From positions 640,001 to 704,000 of the forward strand of contig OY970393.1 of assembly GCA_963720465.1 (NCBI GenBank): a stretch of DNA of 64,000 nucleotides. The letters run 5' to 3'. The notes under the pieces were generated by a model. It did not search any database. It was not told the origin of the DNA and saw only the letters and a program-made list of their open reading frames with translations. Source of the stretch: Methanobacteriota archaeon. Lineage in GTDB: Archaea > Halobacteriota > Bog-38 > Methanoflorentales > Methanoflorentaceae. Both the position numbers and the translations under genes were made by a program. This document shows, piece after piece, positions 32,443-45,656 of the stretch. The first letter of the stretch is position 1, and every line of letters starts with the position of its first letter.

Positions 32443-32691
32443 ATGAAAAACCTGAACGTTCTAAAGCATGAAATGGTACCTGAGCACTTGATTATGTCTG
32501 ACGAAGAAGTGCACGAGTTGCTAGCGCGATACAACATCGAGCTCAAGCAACTGCCTAAAATATTGGTAACAGATCCCGCGTGCAAAGAAATTGGAGCGCG
32601 AAAAGATAACGTAATAAGAATAACACGCCGGAGTCTGACGGCGGACGAAGCCGTATCCTACCGTCTCGTGATCGACACAAAAATGGGGTGA
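32443..32691 (+). CDS. rpoH: RNA polymerase subunit H (Rpo5)
   Basis: HEMVPEH, QLPKI...DP, RRSLTA...YRLV. Confidence 0.96.
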   Translation: MKNLNVLKHEMVPEHLIMSDEEVHELLARYNIELKQLPKILVTDPACKEIGARKDNVIRITRRSLTADEAVSYRLVIDTKMG

Positions 32692-32695
32692 GAAT

Positions 32696-34261
32696 TTGAT
32701 AGACAGAGAGGCAATATCTAAAAGCTATTTCACAAGAGACAAGATTGCGCAACATCACATCAACTCTTTTGACGATTTTATCGAGAGAGGGTTACAGAAA
32801 ATCATCGATGAACAGGCAGCTATCGATACGGATGTCCCCGGCCTTCTCGTGAAGCTTGGCCGTATTCGGGTTGATACGCCAAAAGTGCGCGAAGCAGACG
32901 GCTCGCTCGAGGAGCTTTACCCCACGGAAGCGCGACTTCGAAATATTACGTATGCCGCACCAATCTTTCTTGAAATGACCCTTATACAAGGAGACACCGA
33001 AAAAGAACCTGAGGAAGTCGAAGTTGGACTAATGCCGATAATGGTGGGTTCAAAGGCATGCAACCTCTCCCGACTCTCCGACAGTCAGATGGTCAAGCTG
33101 GGCGAAGATCCAGCGGATCCCGGCGGATACTTCATTGTCAGCGGATCAGAGCGGGTAATAATAACCCTCGAGGATCTCGCACCGAACAAGATCTTTACCG
33201 AGTATGATGAACGCTATGGCGGACGCATAGAGGTCGCTAAAGTTTTTTCACAGCGCAGAGGGTACAAAGCGCTGGTTATGGTAGAAAGGGGACGTGACTC
33301 GATTCTTGAGGTCTCATTCCCCTCAGTTTCCGGGCGAATCAACTACATAATGCTTGTCAGAGCGCTTGGTCTTGTGACTGATCAAGACATTGTCCAATCT
33401 ATATCCGACGATCCAGAAATCATCAAATTCATGTTAGAGAACATCGAGGAGGCCGAAGACTTTCCGCAAGACGCAGAAGAATCGCTTGCACCATACCACC
33501 AGAGAATTCAGGAATCAGCAATGAAGAGACTCGGCGAGAAAGTTGCTGCTGGCCAAGCTACCGAATATCAGGCGAAACGGTCTAATTATGTTGTCGATCG
33601 CTATCTTCTGCCCCATTTAAATGATCCTCTTCTCTCCGAGGAAGATGCCCGACTAGTCAAAGCGCACTTTCTCGGCAGAATGGCGGAAGCCTGCTTCAAA
33701 CTTGCTCTGCACAAGCGCGGAGAAGATGATAAAGACCACTACGCTAACAAGCGTTTGAAGCTCGCTGGCGATCTGATGGAAGATCTCTTTCGTGTGTCGT
33801 TTAGTCGACTTACAAGAGACATTAAGTACCAGCTTGAGCGCGCGGACATGAGAAATCGTGAGCTCAATGTGTTGACTGCGGTGAGGGCAGACGTCCTAAC
33901 AGAGAGGCTCACCCACCCCCTTGCCACTGGGAACTGGGTCGGAGGACGAACGGGCGTGTCGCAGCTCCTTGACCGAACCGACTATATGGCGATGTTATCG
34001 CATTTGAGAAGGGTAATTTCACCGCTGTCTCGAGCGCAGCCTCACTTTGAAGCCCGTGACCTGCACCCGACTCAATGGGGCCGCATCTGTCCGAGTGAGA
34101 CACCAGAAGGCCCGAACTGTGGCCTCGTAAAGAACTTTGCTCAGCAGGTCGAACTTTCAACCGCACTGGAAGACGAAACTGCTGTCCTATCGGCACTAGA
34201 AGAGCTTGGCTATACGCCCATCGGTCACGAAGTCGTGTCGGAGGTTGAAGCTGATGACTGA
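32696..34261 (+). CDS. rpoB2: RNA polymerase subunit B''
   Basis: [36 protein letters not shown]. Confidence 0.97.
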   Translation: MIDREAISKSYFTRDKIAQHHINSFDDFIERGLQKIIDEQAAIDTDVPGLLVKLGRIRVDTPKVREADGSLEELYPTEARLRNITYAAPIFLEMTLIQGDTEKEPEEVEVGLMPIMVGSKACNLSRLSDSQMVKLGEDPADPGGYFIVSGSERVIITLEDLAPNKIFTEYDERYGGRIEVAKVFSQRRGYKALVMVERGRDSILEVSFPSVSGRINYIMLVRALGLVTDQDIVQSISDDPEIIKFMLENIEEAEDFPQDAEESLAPYHQRIQESAMKRLGEKVAAGQATEYQAKRSNYVVDRYLLPHLNDPLLSEEDARLVKAHFLGRMAEACFKLALHKRGEDDKDHYANKRLKLAGDLMEDLFRVSFSRLTRDIKYQLERADMRNRELNVLTAVRADVLTERLTHPLATGNWVGGRTGVSQLLDRTDYMAMLSHLRRVISPLSRAQPHFEARDLHPTQWGRICPSETPEGPNCGLVKNFAQQVELSTALEDETAVLSALEELGYTPIGHEVVSEVEADD

Positions 34262-36071
34262 AGCGAGGATTTACCTTGATGGCGCCCTTAAGGGAACGCA
34301 CAGCAATCCAAGACAATTTGTTGACCAATTTCGAACAAGACGAAGACGCGGAGAGCTTCCGCATCTGATAAATATTGCTTATCACGAAGACACGAATGAA
34401 ATCAACATCAACACGGATTCCGGAAGAGCTCGTAGGCCGCTTATAATTATCGAGAGAGGGGCACCGCTCATTTCCGAAGAGCACATCCAGAAGCTCAAGC
34501 AAGGAGAGTTTTCTTTTGAAGATTTGATAGAAAACGGACTCATTGAGTACATCGATGCCGAAGAGGAGGAGAATATCTACGTTGCTGTCGCGCCTGAAGA
34601 TCTCACTAGTGAACATACACACCTCGAGATCGATCCATCGCTCATTTTGGGGATAGCTACGGGGTTGGTCCCATACCCGGAGCACAATGCATCGCCGCGC
34701 AACACAATGGGGGCGGGTATGGTGAAGCAGTCGTTAGGCGCTTCGTGCGCCAACTGGAAGCTCAGGCCTGACACTCGTTCGCACTATTTACATTATCCGC
34801 AGCTCGGACTCGTAAAAACCAACGCAATGGAAGCGGTAGGCTTTGACGACAGGCTTTCAGGACAGAACTTCGTTGTCGCCGTCCAATCCTACGAGGGCTA
34901 CAACATTGAAGATGCTCTCATTATCAACAAGAACTCGATCGAACGAGGACTCGGCAGAAGCCACTTTTTCCGTACCTACGAAGCGGAAGAACGCCGATAT
35001 CCAGGGGGGCAAGAGGACAAGTTTGAGATACCTGATGCGGAAGTTCGCGGCGCGCGGGGCCCGGAAGTGTATGCAAACCTAGACGAAGACGGTTTCGTCA
35101 ATCCAGAAGCCGAAGTGCAACCCAATGATGTGCTGGTAGGAAAGACTAGCCCGCCAAGATTTCTCGAAGAGCCGACCGAGCTCGGTGGCATCAGCACCCA
35201 AAAAAGACGTGAAACCTCTGTCACGATGCGTTCGAACGAAAGTGGCGTTGTAGACGCAGTCATCATTACGGAAGGTGAGAATGGATCCAGATTAGTCAAA
35301 GTCAGAACTAGGGATCAAAGAGTACCAGAACTAGGAGACAAGTTCGCTTCGAGACACGGCCAGAAAGGTGTAATCGGGCTCATTGTGCCGCAAGAAGACA
35401 TGCCATTTACCGAAGACGGGATCGTTCCTGATCTGATCATCAATCCTCACGCGATCCCATCGCGAATGACCGTCGGCCACGTTTTGGAAATGATAGGCGG
35501 AAAGGTCGGGAGTCTAGAAGGAAGGCGGATAAACGGTACTGCATTTTCTGGCGAACCTGAAGTCACTTTGAGGGGGGCGTTGAAAAGAAACGGCTTCTCG
35601 CATACGGGGAAGGAGGTACTGTACGACGGAATCACGGGCGAAATGCTGGCCGCTGACATGTTTATAGGCTTGATCCTTTACCAAAAGCTACACCACATGG
35701 TGTCAGAAAAACTGCACGCGCGATCCCGTGGACCCGTCCAAGTGCTAACGCATCAACCGACCGAAGGTCGAGCGCGCGAAGGAGGATTACGGTTCGGCGA
35801 GATGGAGCGTGATGTAATGATAGGCCACGGCGCAGCTTTGGCGTTGAAAGAGCGACTCGTCGACGAATCGGACAAAGTTGAAGAGTACGTATGTACTACG
35901 TGCGGGATGATAGCCACCTTTGATAAACGTCGTAACGTAGTCTATTGCCCCAGTTGCGGAGCAGATACCGATATCTACAAAGTTGAAATGAGCTACGCTT
36001 TCAAATTGTTGCTAGATGAGATGAAGGCCCTTGGTATTGCCCCACGCATTGAACTGGAAGACGCGGTCTAA
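34254..36071 (+). CDS. rpoB1: RNA polymerase subunit B'
   Basis: [33 protein letters not shown]. Confidence 0.97.
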   Translation: MTEARIYLDGALKGTHSNPRQFVDQFRTRRRRGELPHLINIAYHEDTNEININTDSGRARRPLIIIERGAPLISEEHIQKLKQGEFSFEDLIENGLIEYIDAEEEENIYVAVAPEDLTSEHTHLEIDPSLILGIATGLVPYPEHNASPRNTMGAGMVKQSLGASCANWKLRPDTRSHYLHYPQLGLVKTNAMEAVGFDDRLSGQNFVVAVQSYEGYNIEDALIINKNSIERGLGRSHFFRTYEAEERRYPGGQEDKFEIPDAEVRGARGPEVYANLDEDGFVNPEAEVQPNDVLVGKTSPPRFLEEPTELGGISTQKRRETSVTMRSNESGVVDAVIITEGENGSRLVKVRTRDQRVPELGDKFASRHGQKGVIGLIVPQEDMPFTEDGIVPDLIINPHAIPSRMTVGHVLEMIGGKVGSLEGRRINGTAFSGEPEVTLRGALKRNGFSHTGKEVLYDGITGEMLAADMFIGLILYQKLHHMVSEKLHARSRGPVQVLTHQPTEGRAREGGLRFGEMERDVMIGHGAALALKERLVDESDKVEEYVCTTCGMIATFDKRRNVVYCPSCGADTDIYKVEMSYAFKLLLDEMKALGIAPRIELEDAV

Positions 36072-36084
36072 TCGGGAGGATCAC

Positions 36085-38742
36085 ATGAGCAGCCCTAAAC
36101 GAATCGGAAAAATCAAATTTGGATTGCTGTCACCAAAAGAATATCGGAAGATGAGTGTAACGAAAGTTATTACTGCGGACACTTATGATGATGATGGTTT
36201 CCCCATTGAAATGGGTCTTATGGATCCTCGGCTAGGAGTTATAGATCCAGGCCTTCGATGCAAGACCTGTGGTCAGCGTGCGGGCGAATGCCCTGGCCAC
36301 TTCGGCCACATCGAACTTGCCGCTCCCGTAGTCCACGTTGGATTTGCAAAGCTTATACGGAAAACACTTAGAGCCACGTGTCGCCGCTGCGGACACCTGT
36401 TGCTCGATGAGATGCAGCAGCACGAATTCCTTCTCAAAATGCACGAACTGAAGGACAAGAATTACTCCACTGAAGAGACCGTCAAAAACGTCATCAAAGA
36501 AGCGCGAAAAGCGATCACGTGCCCCTACTGTGCTGAACAGCAGAAGGAGATAAAGTACGAAAAGCCGACTCGCTACGTTGAGGATAGTCACAAACTGATG
36601 CCGGCAGACATCCGCGATAGATTTGAACGGATACCGGATAGCGACACTGAACTGCTCGGTCTCGACGCAAGTAACGTACGTCCGGAATGGATGATACTAA
36701 CAGTCTTGCCTGTCCCGCCCGTAACGACACGACCTTCTATCACGCTTGAAAACGGACAAAGATCCGAAGATGACCTGACGCACAAGCTCGTAGACATCAT
36801 CAGAATAAACCAGCGATTTCAAGAGAATCGCGAGGCAGGGGCACCACAACTCATTATCGAAGACCTGTGGGAACTCTTGCAATATCACGTCACTACATTC
36901 CTTGATAACGAAGTGTCAGGGGTGCCCCCCGCACGACATCGCAGCGGGAGGCCTTTGAAAACGCTCTCGCAAAGACTTAAAGGCAAAGACGGGCGATTCA
37001 GAGGGAGCCTCTCAGGTAAAAGGGTGAACTTCTCGGCACGAACTGTCATTTCCCCCGACCCCAACCTCAGTGTGAATGAAGTGGGCGTTCCTGAAACTAT
37101 CGCCCGCGAGATGACGGTGCCTATTATTGTGACGCCGCGGAATATTGGCGACTTGCGGGAGTATATTAAGCGCGGCCCGCTCAACCACCCTGGGGCGAAC
37201 TACATAAAACGACCTGACGGGAAACGCGTGAAGGTTACAGACAAGAATGGAGACGAGATCGCTGAGACAGTTGAAAACGCGTGGATCGTCGAAAGACAGC
37301 TGAAGGACGGGGATATTGTCCTTTTCAACAGACAGCCATCACTACACCGAATGAGCATCATGGCTCATAGAGTCAAAGTGATGCCTTTCAAGACTTTTCG
37401 ACTAAACCCGGCCGTATGCCCACCGTACAACGCCGATTTCGACGGAGACGAAATGAACCTGCACGTGCCGCAAACCGAAGAAGCGCGCGCCGAAGCGCGC
37501 ATCCTTATGCAAGTAGAGGAAAACATCCTCTCCCCAAGGTTCGGCGGCCCGATTATTGGCGGGATACACGACCACATTTCCGGGCTCTTTTTGCTTACCC
37601 AAAAAGGTTCTAAATTTACGAAAAGCGAGGTCTACGAGCTTCTCAGGAAGTGCACTGTTGAAAAACCGCTCCCTAAACCTGCAATTCTAGAAGAAGACGT
37701 AGCCTATTACACCGGCAAGCAGGTGTTCAGTCAAATACTCCCAGAGCGGCTGAATCTGACACTAAAAGCCAAGAAATGCGTCATGCACGGAGTATGCCTC
37801 AAAACTGACTGTGAAATAGACGCATACGTGAAGATTGAAGCAGGCAACTTGATTTGCGGCATAATTGATGAAAAATCAATTGGGGCCTTTAGCGGCGCAA
37901 TACTGGATAGCATAATCAGGGAATACCATGATACTGGTTTTACAGAGGCGTCGCGATTTCTGGATAACGCGACTAAACTAGCGATAAGAAGCATCATGAA
38001 GTTCGGGTTCAGCTTCGGAATTGATGACGAAGATGTTTCTCAGCAGGCACAATTGGAAATAGAAGAAATCATAGAAAAAGCGGAAGAGCGCGTCGCGGCA
38101 CTAATAAATGCTTATGAATTCGGAGAGCTTGAATCTATGCCTGGTCGGACGCTCAACGAAACTCTAGAGATGAAAATAATGCAAGAACTCGGTCGCGCAA
38201 GAGATAAGGCAGGAGAAATTGCGGGGAAGAACCTCGGATTTGCAGGCGAGCTAGCACTTGACAATTCGGCTGTCGTGATGGCTGTTTCCGGAGCGCGCGG
38301 GTCAATGTTGAACCTCACGCAGATGGCCGGCAGCGTAGGCCAACAGTCAGTGAGAGGTGAGCGGATCAAACGAGGATACTACGATAGGACGCTGCCTCAT
38401 TTTAAGAAAGGCGATCTTGGCGCTGATGCGCGCGGCTTCGTCAGGTCGAGTTACAAGAGGGGCCTGACGCCGACAGAATTCTTCTTTCACGCTATTGGAG
38501 GAAGAGAAGGACTTGTCGACACGGCTGTTAGGACGTCTCAGTCTGGATACCTCCAAAGACGGCTCATAAACGCGCTCCAAGACTTGGAAGTGGAATATGA
38601 CGGGACAGTGCGATCTGGAGAGAAAGTGGTTCAGTTCATTTACGGGGAAGACGGCATTGACCCCACTAAAAGTGACTATGGGAAATCCGTCAATGTACAG
38701 AAAATCGTACAAAACGTCATTGAAAAACACGGGAGCGGGTGA
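36085..38742 (+). CDS. rpoA1: RNA polymerase subunit A'
   Basis: [31 protein letters not shown]. Confidence 0.98.
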   Translation: MSSPKRIGKIKFGLLSPKEYRKMSVTKVITADTYDDDGFPIEMGLMDPRLGVIDPGLRCKTCGQRAGECPGHFGHIELAAPVVHVGFAKLIRKTLRATCRRCGHLLLDEMQQHEFLLKMHELKDKNYSTEETVKNVIKEARKAITCPYCAEQQKEIKYEKPTRYVEDSHKLMPADIRDRFERIPDSDTELLGLDASNVRPEWMILTVLPVPPVTTRPSITLENGQRSEDDLTHKLVDIIRINQRFQENREAGAPQLIIEDLWELLQYHVTTFLDNEVSGVPPARHRSGRPLKTLSQRLKGKDGRFRGSLSGKRVNFSARTVISPDPNLSVNEVGVPETIAREMTVPIIVTPRNIGDLREYIKRGPLNHPGANYIKRPDGKRVKVTDKNGDEIAETVENAWIVERQLKDGDIVLFNRQPSLHRMSIMAHRVKVMPFKTFRLNPAVCPPYNADFDGDEMNLHVPQTEEARAEARILMQVEENILSPRFGGPIIGGIHDHISGLFLLTQKGSKFTKSEVYELLRKCTVEKPLPKPAILEEDVAYYTGKQVFSQILPERLNLTLKAKKCVMHGVCLKTDCEIDAYVKIEAGNLICGIIDEKSIGAFSGAILDSIIREYHDTGFTEASRFLDNATKLAIRSIMKFGFSFGIDDEDVSQQAQLEIEEIIEKAEERVAALINAYEFGELESMPGRTLNETLEMKIMQELGRARDKAGEIAGKNLGFAGELALDNSAVVMAVSGARGSMLNLTQMAGSVGQQSVRGERIKRGYYDRTLPHFKKGDLGADARGFVRSSYKRGLTPTEFFFHAIGGREGLVDTAVRTSQSGYLQRRLINALQDLEVEYDGTVRSGEKVVQFIYGEDGIDPTKSDYGKSVNVQKIVQNVIEKHGSG

Positions 38743-39878
38743 ATTCGATGGATCTTCAAGAAGCAATAAGTGGACTGAAATTGCCTTTGAATGTAAGAAA
38801 CGATCTATTTGCAGAGTTAAATAGCTTGCAGCTGTCCGAAAACGAAATCACTGAGATACTTCAAACGACTCAAGACGAGTACGCAAGATCAAAAGTGGAA
38901 CCGTGTGAGGCCGTTGGAACGATCGCAGCCCAGTCAATCGGAGAACCCGGAACGCAAATGACAATGAGGACTTTTCACTACGCAGGGGTAGCTGACATAA
39001 ATGTTACGCTTGGACTTCCGAGGCTCATAGAAATAGTTGACGCTCGAAAAGTACCTGATACACCGATGATGACGATATATCTCGAAGCCGAGAGCGCGAA
39101 TGACCGAGACAAAGCCTTGCAATTTGGCTGGGAGATTGAAGCGACGCGGGTAAGCGACATTGCAGATATCCTTACTGATACTGATGAGATGCAGATCTAT
39201 TTAGAATTTGATGACCGGGTTATGCAACAGCGGCGTGTCGGTTTGGACGCCGTTGTTACTAAACTTCAGGCGCTTCAGGATGTCGATGTTCGCGTTGATG
39301 GATCTAACGTCATATTGAGCCCTTCAGTCAAGCGCTACAGGGCGCTGCTTCAAATCGTAGAAAAAGTTAGGACAATGGTCATTAAAGGCATCGAGGATAT
39401 TAAACGGGTCGTCGTACGAAAAGAACGCGAGGAGTACGTTCTCTACACAGAAGGTTCGTCTTTAAAAAAGGTGATAACGCTGGCGCACATTGACGCGACC
39501 CGAACGAGGACAAATAACATTAACGAGATGGATGAGGTTTTGGGTATCGAAGCAGCCCGGAACTCCATCATCGAAGAGGCAATGAGCACGTTGCGTGAGC
39601 AAGGGCTGACAGTTGATGTTAGGCATATAATGCTTGTGGCAGATATGATGACGGTTGATGGCGAAGTGAAACAGATTGGGCGGCACGGTATTGCAGGAGA
39701 AAAAACGAGTGTGCTGTCGCGAGCTGCTTTTGAAGTCACTGTAAATCATTTGCTCGATGCCGCCGTCCGCGGCGAGACAGACGAACTTGCTGGGGTCACC
39801 GAGAACGTGATTGTGGGCCAACATATTCTACTCGGAACTGGAGACGTTAAGCTAATCGCAAAAACGAGCAAAGCATAA
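38739..39878 (+). CDS. rpoA2: RNA polymerase subunit A''
   Basis: [26 protein letters not shown]. Confidence 0.97.
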   Translation: MNSMDLQEAISGLKLPLNVRNDLFAELNSLQLSENEITEILQTTQDEYARSKVEPCEAVGTIAAQSIGEPGTQMTMRTFHYAGVADINVTLGLPRLIEIVDARKVPDTPMMTIYLEAESANDRDKALQFGWEIEATRVSDIADILTDTDEMQIYLEFDDRVMQQRRVGLDAVVTKLQALQDVDVRVDGSNVILSPSVKRYRALLQIVEKVRTMVIKGIEDIKRVVVRKEREEYVLYTEGSSLKKVITLAHIDATRTRTNNINEMDEVLGIEAARNSIIEEAMSTLREQGLTVDVRHIMLVADMMTVDGEVKQIGRHGIAGEKTSVLSRAAFEVTVNHLLDAAVRGETDELAGVTENVIVGQHILLGTGDVKLIAKTSKA

Positions 39879-39892
39879 ATTCTGAGGCAAAA

Positions 39893-40207
39893 ATGGAGCT
39901 AGATATCGCTAAATCCTTAAGAACGGCAATAAGAGACGGAACGGTCACGGTAGGCGCAAAGAATACTCTTAAATCAATCCAGAAAGGCAATGCGCAGTTG
40001 GTTATCTTGGCCTCTAACTGTCCGCAAAGGTTTCGCGATATAATATTAGCAAGCAGTGTCCCTAATGCGAGTCTCGAGGTCAACAGCGTAGAATTGGGAT
40101 CAGTTTGTGGAAAGCCGTTCACGATATCCGCCCTTTCGATCGTAGATCCAGGATCTTCAGACATTATGTCTCTAAGGGAAAAGGAGATAAATAATGACAG
40201 AAGTTAA
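39893..40207 (+). CDS. rpl30e: 50S ribosomal protein L30e
   Basis: ILASNCP, ELGSVCGKPF, DPGSSDI. Confidence 0.95.
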   Translation: MELDIAKSLRTAIRDGTVTVGAKNTLKSIQKGNAQLVILASNCPQRFRDIILASSVPNASLEVNSVELGSVCGKPFTISALSIVDPGSSDIMSLREKEINNDRS

Positions 40208-40625
40208 GCTCACAACAGAAGGGATACGCTACATAGCCTTGTTTGAGAGTTTAACCCAAGCAATCGCCCGTGATTGCTATGTCGACGACGAGAACGATCG
40301 CGTGATATTCGTCGTCAAGAAAGGGGATATGGGCCTCGCGATCGGCAAGAATGGCAACAATATAAACAGAGTGAAAAGATCAATCGGGAAACACATCGAA
40401 ATAGTCGAGTACTCCGACGAAGTCGACGAGTTCGTTGCCAATGCACTTCAACCCGTTTTCGTTAAGAAAGTACAAGTCGTTGTAAAAGAGAACAGGAAAC
40501 TTGCCTACGTTGAAGTCATGTCCAAAGATCGTGGAATAGCGATTGGAAAAAACGGGAGAAACATTCAAAAAGCAAAAGTGCTTGCACAAAGGCACCACGG
40601 CCTAGCAGATGTGATTATTCAGTAA
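40194..40625 (+). CDS. nusA: NusA-like KH-domain transcription factor
   Basis: Two AIGKNGxN KH motifs; conserved operon position. Confidence 0.95.
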   Translation: MTEVKLTTEGIRYIALFESLTQAIARDCYVDDENDRVIFVVKKGDMGLAIGKNGNNINRVKRSIGKHIEIVEYSDEVDEFVANALQPVFVKKVQVVVKENRKLAYVEVMSKDRGIAIGKNGRNIQKAKVLAQRHHGLADVIIQ

Positions 40626-40647
40626 TTCCTTCAATCGAGGAGTCATC

Positions 40648-41076
40648 ATGGGAAAGGGCATCTATTCGGCACGCAAACTGAAAAAAGACCACAAAGCGCT
40701 TCGATGGAGCGACAAAAACTTCAGCCGTCGCGTACTCCATCTGGACGAAAAAGCGAACCCGTTAGAAGGCGCACCGCAAGCACGAGGAATCGTGCTGGAA
40801 AAAGTCGGAGTAGAAGCAAAGCAGCCAAATTCAGCTATACGCAAGTGCGTCAGAATCCAACTGATCAAGAACGGACGACAAGTAACCGCCTTCTGTCCCG
40901 GGGTAGCAGCGACGAATTTCATCGACGAGCACGACGAGGTAACCGTGGAAGGGATTGGCGGCAGAATGGGTGGCTCAATGGGAGATATCCCAGGCGTGCG
41001 GTTTAAGGTCATAAAGGTGAACAACGTTTCTCTTGAAGAAATGGTCCGCGGCAGAAAAGAAAAACCAGTAAGGTAG
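40648..41076 (+). CDS. rps12: 30S ribosomal protein S12
   Basis: [20 protein letters not shown]. Confidence 0.98.
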   Translation: MGKGIYSARKLKKDHKALRWSDKNFSRRVLHLDEKANPLEGAPQARGIVLEKVGVEAKQPNSAIRKCVRIQLIKNGRQVTAFCPGVAATNFIDEHDEVTVEGIGGRMGGSMGDIPGVRFKVIKVNNVSLEEMVRGRKEKPVR

Positions 41077-41080
41077 GGAC

Positions 41081-41653
41081 ATGCCAACAGATAACAATAG
41101 CTTACTCTTCGGCAAGTGGGAGATTGCCGACATTCACGTTGAAGACCCAGGTGTAAAGCGCTACGTTCACTTTGATTCACCAGCAATTCACACCGGCGGA
41201 AGACACGCGCACCACCAATTCAACAAGTCAAACTTATCTATCGTCGAGCGGCTAACCAACAAACTCATGCGCGGAGAAGGCAACACGGGAAAGAAAATCA
41301 AGGCGTATGGCACTGTAAAAAAGTCATTCGAAACAATAAACAAGCGTACAAAAGAGAACCCGGTGAAGTTGCTCATCCAAGCCGTCGAAAATGCAGGACC
41401 TCGTGAGGAGACAGTGCGGTTGAGATACGGCGGCATATCGGTCCCAAAAGCTGTCGACACTGCGTCCCAGCGGCGAGTCGACCTAGCGCTTATGTACATC
41501 GCGCAAGGCGCTAAAAAGACTGCATTTAAGAGTAAACGCACCTTTGATGATTGCCTTGCATCTGAGATCATAGCTGCCGCAAAGAATGACGTACGAAGCT
41601 TCTCGATAAGCAAGAAGGAAGAAAAAGAACGAGTGGCTAAGGCAGCGCGATAG
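41081..41653 (+). CDS. rps7: 30S ribosomal protein S7
   Basis: [26 protein letters not shown]. Confidence 0.97.
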   Translation: MPTDNNSLLFGKWEIADIHVEDPGVKRYVHFDSPAIHTGGRHAHHQFNKSNLSIVERLTNKLMRGEGNTGKKIKAYGTVKKSFETINKRTKENPVKLLIQAVENAGPREETVRLRYGGISVPKAVDTASQRRVDLALMYIAQGAKKTAFKSKRTFDDCLASEIIAAAKNDVRSFSISKKEEKERVAKAAR

Positions 41654-41675
41654 TGCAGTATTTCCGGCAAAGCAC

Positions 41676-43865
41676 ATGGTAAGCAGACAAAAAATGGTTG
41701 AGCGCGTCACAACGCTCATGGACCGACCCGAAAATATACGCAACATAGGTATTGTAGCGCATATAGATCACGGCAAGACTACGCTTTCTGACAATCTGCT
41801 CGCCGGGGCAGGCATGATTTCAAAGGAGCTGGCTGGCACACAACTGTTCATGGACTTTGACGAAGAAGAACAAGCGAGAGGTATCACAATCAACGCAGCG
41901 AACGTATCGATGGTTCACGAGTTTCTTGGGAACGAGTACTTAATCAACCTCATCGATACGCCGGGGCACGTAGACTTCGGGGGAGACGTCACGCGGGCCA
42001 TGCGAGCGGTTGACGGAGCAGTCGTCGTAGTCGATGCCGTTGAAGGCACGATGCCCCAAACAGAAACAGTTTTGCGCCAAGCGCTAAAGGAAAACGTCAA
42101 ACCAATTCTCTTCATTAACAAAGTCGACAGACTTGTCAACGAGCTCAAATTGGATCCGCAGGCTATGATGGGCAAGTTTGTCAATCTGATCAATCATGTG
42201 AACAAGCTGATAAAGGGGATGAGCGAGGAAAAGTTCAATGAGGGCTGGAAAGTTAAGGTCGATGATGGTTCTGTTGCGTTCGGATCCGCACTGTATAACT
42301 GGGCCTTAAGCGTACCTCAAATGGAAAAAACGCAGATCACATTCAAAGATGTATATGAATACTGTGCAAATGACAAGCAAAAAGATCTTGCAGACCGCAG
42401 CCCGCTTCATGAAATAGTGTTAAATATGGTCATCACGCACCTACCAAATCCGCTGCAAGCGCAAAAGGAACGCGTTCCTGTGATATGGCACGGAGACAAG
42501 AACTCGGATGAGGGCAAAGCGATGTTGAGTTGCGACCAACACGGTCCAGCACAGTTCATGGTTACCGACATATCTATCGACCCTCACGCAGGCGAAGTCG
42601 CGACAGGGCGACTTTTCTCGGGGTCGCTCGAGCGGGGACAAGAGCTTGCAGTTTCGGGCATGCCAAACAAAAATCGAATTCAACAGGTAGGCATATTTAT
42701 GGGCGCAGAGCGGATCGAAGTTGAGCGAATTCCAGCCGGTAACATCGCGGCCGTCACCGGACTGCGAGACGCGATAGTAGGCTCGACCGTTTCTTCTCTA
42801 AAAGGCGTTGCTCCTTTTGAAAGCATTAAGCACGCAAGTGAGCCGGTAGTTACAGTTGCTATCGAAGCGAAGAACATGAGAGACTTGCCCAAGCTCGTTG
42901 AAGTGCTACGACAAGTCTCTAAGGAGGATCCGACGCTGCGGGTGACGATCAATGAAGAGACTGGAGAACATTTGATATCTGGCATGGGCGAACTGCACCT
43001 CGAGATAATTGCCCACAAAATCGAGAGAGATAAAAACGTCCAAATCACCACGTCAGAACCGATTGTGGTATATAGGGAGACAGTTCAAGGCCGCGCGGGA
43101 CCCGTCGAAGGCAAGTCTCCGAACCGCCATAACCGGTTCTACTTCGAAGTGGAAGCGTTACCGCGCGATGTAATTGCTTTACTAAAGGAGGGCGCCGTCA
43201 ACATGAATGCCCCAGAAACTGAACGACGAGCGATCTTAATGGAAGCGGGCCTCGAAAAAGATGAAGCGCGGAACGTCGCCGATGTCTTCGTATCAAACCT
43301 TCTCTTAGACCTGACCAAAGGCATCCAATATCTGCGCGAAACGATGGAACTGATTATAGAGGGATTCGAAGAAGCAATGAAGACCGGGCCATTAACACGA
43401 GAACCCTGTGAGGGCATAAAAGTGAAACTGGTCGATGTCACCTTACACGAAGACGCAGTCCATCGAGGTCCTGCGCAAGTCATACCTGCCGTTAGATCGG
43501 CGATATTCGCGGCCATCCTGATGGCCAAGGACGTGGTACTTGAACCGATGCAGAAGGTTTTTATCAGCGTCCCCCAAAGCCTGATGGGAAGTGCGACACA
43601 ACAAATACAAGCAAGGCGCGGTCAGATATTGGATCTCGATTCCGAAGGCGACACGGTAGTTGTGGTTGGTAAAACCCCAGTCGCCGAAATGTTTGGTTTT
43701 GCTGGAGATTTGCGATCTGCGACAGAAGGACGCGCTATATGGAGCACGGAGTTCCTCGGATTTGAGGTGTTGACACAAAGCTTACAACTAGAGATAGTAA
43801 AAGAGATAAGGCAGAGAAAAGGCCTAAAAGCTGAGCTGCCAAAACCACACGACTTCATAGGCTGA
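41676..43865 (+). CDS. fusA: Elongation factor EF-2
   Basis: [20 protein letters not shown], diphthamide loop [12 protein letters not shown]. Confidence 0.98.
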   Translation: MVSRQKMVERVTTLMDRPENIRNIGIVAHIDHGKTTLSDNLLAGAGMISKELAGTQLFMDFDEEEQARGITINAANVSMVHEFLGNEYLINLIDTPGHVDFGGDVTRAMRAVDGAVVVVDAVEGTMPQTETVLRQALKENVKPILFINKVDRLVNELKLDPQAMMGKFVNLINHVNKLIKGMSEEKFNEGWKVKVDDGSVAFGSALYNWALSVPQMEKTQITFKDVYEYCANDKQKDLADRSPLHEIVLNMVITHLPNPLQAQKERVPVIWHGDKNSDEGKAMLSCDQHGPAQFMVTDISIDPHAGEVATGRLFSGSLERGQELAVSGMPNKNRIQQVGIFMGAERIEVERIPAGNIAAVTGLRDAIVGSTVSSLKGVAPFESIKHASEPVVTVAIEAKNMRDLPKLVEVLRQVSKEDPTLRVTINEETGEHLISGMGELHLEIIAHKIERDKNVQITTSEPIVVYRETVQGRAGPVEGKSPNRHNRFYFEVEALPRDVIALLKEGAVNMNAPETERRAILMEAGLEKDEARNVADVFVSNLLLDLTKGIQYLRETMELIIEGFEEAMKTGPLTREPCEGIKVKLVDVTLHEDAVHRGPAQVIPAVRSAIFAAILMAKDVVLEPMQKVFISVPQSLMGSATQQIQARRGQILDLDSEGDTVVVVGKTPVAEMFGFAGDLRSATEGRAIWSTEFLGFEVLTQSLQLEIVKEIRQRKGLKAELPKPHDFIG

Positions 43866-43883
43866 AAGGAGGAAAGAACAAAA

Positions 43884-45149
43884 ATGGCTGCAAAGCCCCA
43901 TTTAAACTTAGCAATGATAGGTCACGTTGACCACGGCAAGAGCACGTTAGTTGGAAGGCTGCTGTTCGAGACTGGCAATGTAGGTGCGCACATAATTGAG
44001 TCATACAAGAAAGAGGCAGAGGCAAAGGGCAAAGGATCCTTTGAGTTTGCCTGGGTAATGGACTCGCTCAAGGAAGAACGCGAACGCGGCGTCACAATCG
44101 ACATAGCACACCAGCGATTCGATACCGAAAACTACTACTTCACTATCGTCGACTGTCCCGGTCACCGTGACTTCGTAAAGAATATGATCACCGGAGCATC
44201 GCAGGCTGATGCTGCGATATTAGTGGTTGCAGCGCCTGATGGTGTAATGGCTCAAACAAAAGAGCACGTCTTCCTTGCACGCACACTCGGAATCAATCAA
44301 CTGATCATAGCGATCAACAAAATGGATGCTTCAGATTTTAGCGAGAAGCGGTTCAATGAAGTCAAAGACGAAGTAGGAAAGCTACTGAAAACAGTTGGGT
44401 ACAAGGAAGAAGACGTTCAGTATGTCCCAGTTTCGGCGTTTAAAGGCGATAACGTAACCAAACTCAGTGACAACATGTCGTGGTACGGCGGTGAGACGCT
44501 CTTACAGGAGATCAACAAGTTCAAAGTTCCTGAAAAACCGGTCAAGTTACCTCTCAGATTACCCATACAGGACGTATACACGATCTCAGGTATCGGGACG
44601 GTGCCCGTTGGCAGAGTCGAAACGGGCACAATGAAGCGGGGAGACAAGGTAATATTCGAGCCCGCAAATGTCCGAGGGGAAATTAAATCAATAGAAATGC
44701 ATCACGAAGAGATCCCAGAGGCCACTCCAGGAGATAACGTAGGTTTCAACGTCCGGGGAGTTGCTAAGAAGGATATTAAGCGCGGCGATGTCACCGGTCA
44801 TCAAGACACGCCACCAAGTGTCGCGAAGGAATTTACAGCCCAGATCGTCGTTTTGCAGCATCCAAGTGCGATAACTGCGGGCTACACGCCCGTGTTCCAC
44901 GCGCACACTGCGCAGGTGGCATGCACCTTCACGGAAATCAAGGCAAAGCTTGATCCTAGAACCGGTCAAGTAAAACAGTCCAACCCAGACTTCATCAAAA
45001 CAGGCGACGCAGCCATCATACAAGTCCGGCCGACAAAGCCATTGGTGATAGAGAAGGTAAAAGAGATACCGCAATTGGGCCGCTTTGCCATTCGGGACAT
45101 GGGACAAACTATCGCAGCGGGCATGTGCATCGACATAATCCCCCGGTAA
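43884..45149 (+). CDS. tuf: Elongation factor EF-1 alpha
   Basis: [30 protein letters not shown]. Confidence 0.98.
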   Translation: MAAKPHLNLAMIGHVDHGKSTLVGRLLFETGNVGAHIIESYKKEAEAKGKGSFEFAWVMDSLKEERERGVTIDIAHQRFDTENYYFTIVDCPGHRDFVKNMITGASQADAAILVVAAPDGVMAQTKEHVFLARTLGINQLIIAINKMDASDFSEKRFNEVKDEVGKLLKTVGYKEEDVQYVPVSAFKGDNVTKLSDNMSWYGGETLLQEINKFKVPEKPVKLPLRLPIQDVYTISGIGTVPVGRVETGTMKRGDKVIFEPANVRGEIKSIEMHHEEIPEATPGDNVGFNVRGVAKKDIKRGDVTGHQDTPPSVAKEFTAQIVVLQHPSAITAGYTPVFHAHTAQVACTFTEIKAKLDPRTGQVKQSNPDFIKTGDAAIIQVRPTKPLVIEKVKEIPQLGRFAIRDMGQTIAAGMCIDIIPR

Positions 45150-45163
45150 CGTCACGTGATTGA

Positions 45164-45472
45164 ATGCAAAAAGCAAGAATACGGCTTTCAGGAACGAGCC
45201 CGGAAATGCTTGATCACGTTTGTGAACAAGTTAAGAGCATAGCCGACAGGACGGGAGTCAACCTGTCCGGGCCAGTCCCTCTTCCCACGAAAAGGCTCAA
45301 AGTACCGACACGAAAAAGCCCTGACGGCGAAGGGACGGCCACGTGGGAGCACTGGGAAATGCGCGTCCACAAACGACTTATCGATCTTGATGCTGATGAG
45401 CGCGCGCTTCGGCAACTCATGAGAATACAAGTCCCGAAAGATATCAACATCGAAATAGTACTGGAAGGCTGA
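45164..45472 (+). CDS. rps10: 30S ribosomal protein S10
   Basis: [23 protein letters not shown]. Confidence 0.97.
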   Translation: MQKARIRLSGTSPEMLDHVCEQVKSIADRTGVNLSGPVPLPTKRLKVPTRKSPDGEGTATWEHWEMRVHKRLIDLDADERALRQLMRIQVPKDINIEIVLEG

Positions 45473-45545
45473 AGGTCCCGCCCATTCAAGATGATTTTGC
45501 TTGAAAAATGTGCGAGCCGAAGCAATTGTAGCGGACGAGTAGATG

Positions 45546-45653
45546 GCCGAGGTAGCCAAGTGGACTACGGCGCCAGCCTTGAGCGTTCCTCTTAGGTCCA
45601 ACGAGAGCTGGTGAGGCTTCTGCCTCGCAGGGGTTCAAATCCCTTCCTCGGCG
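45546..45653 (+). tRNA. tRNA-Ser (TGA if the intron is at 37/38; CGA if at 33/34) with 22-nt intron
   Basis: GCCGAGG/CCTCGGC+G73, long variable arm GAGGC-ttct-GCCTC, CCAGC-CTTGAG[CGTTCCTCTTAGGTCCAACGAG]A-GCTGG. Confidence 0.88.
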
Positions 45654-45656
45654 CTT

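Noticed and set aside
32700-45500. Numerous antisense ORFs in the rpo/str cluster
   Set aside because: They are shadow ORFs opposite highly conserved genes, with no independent motifs.
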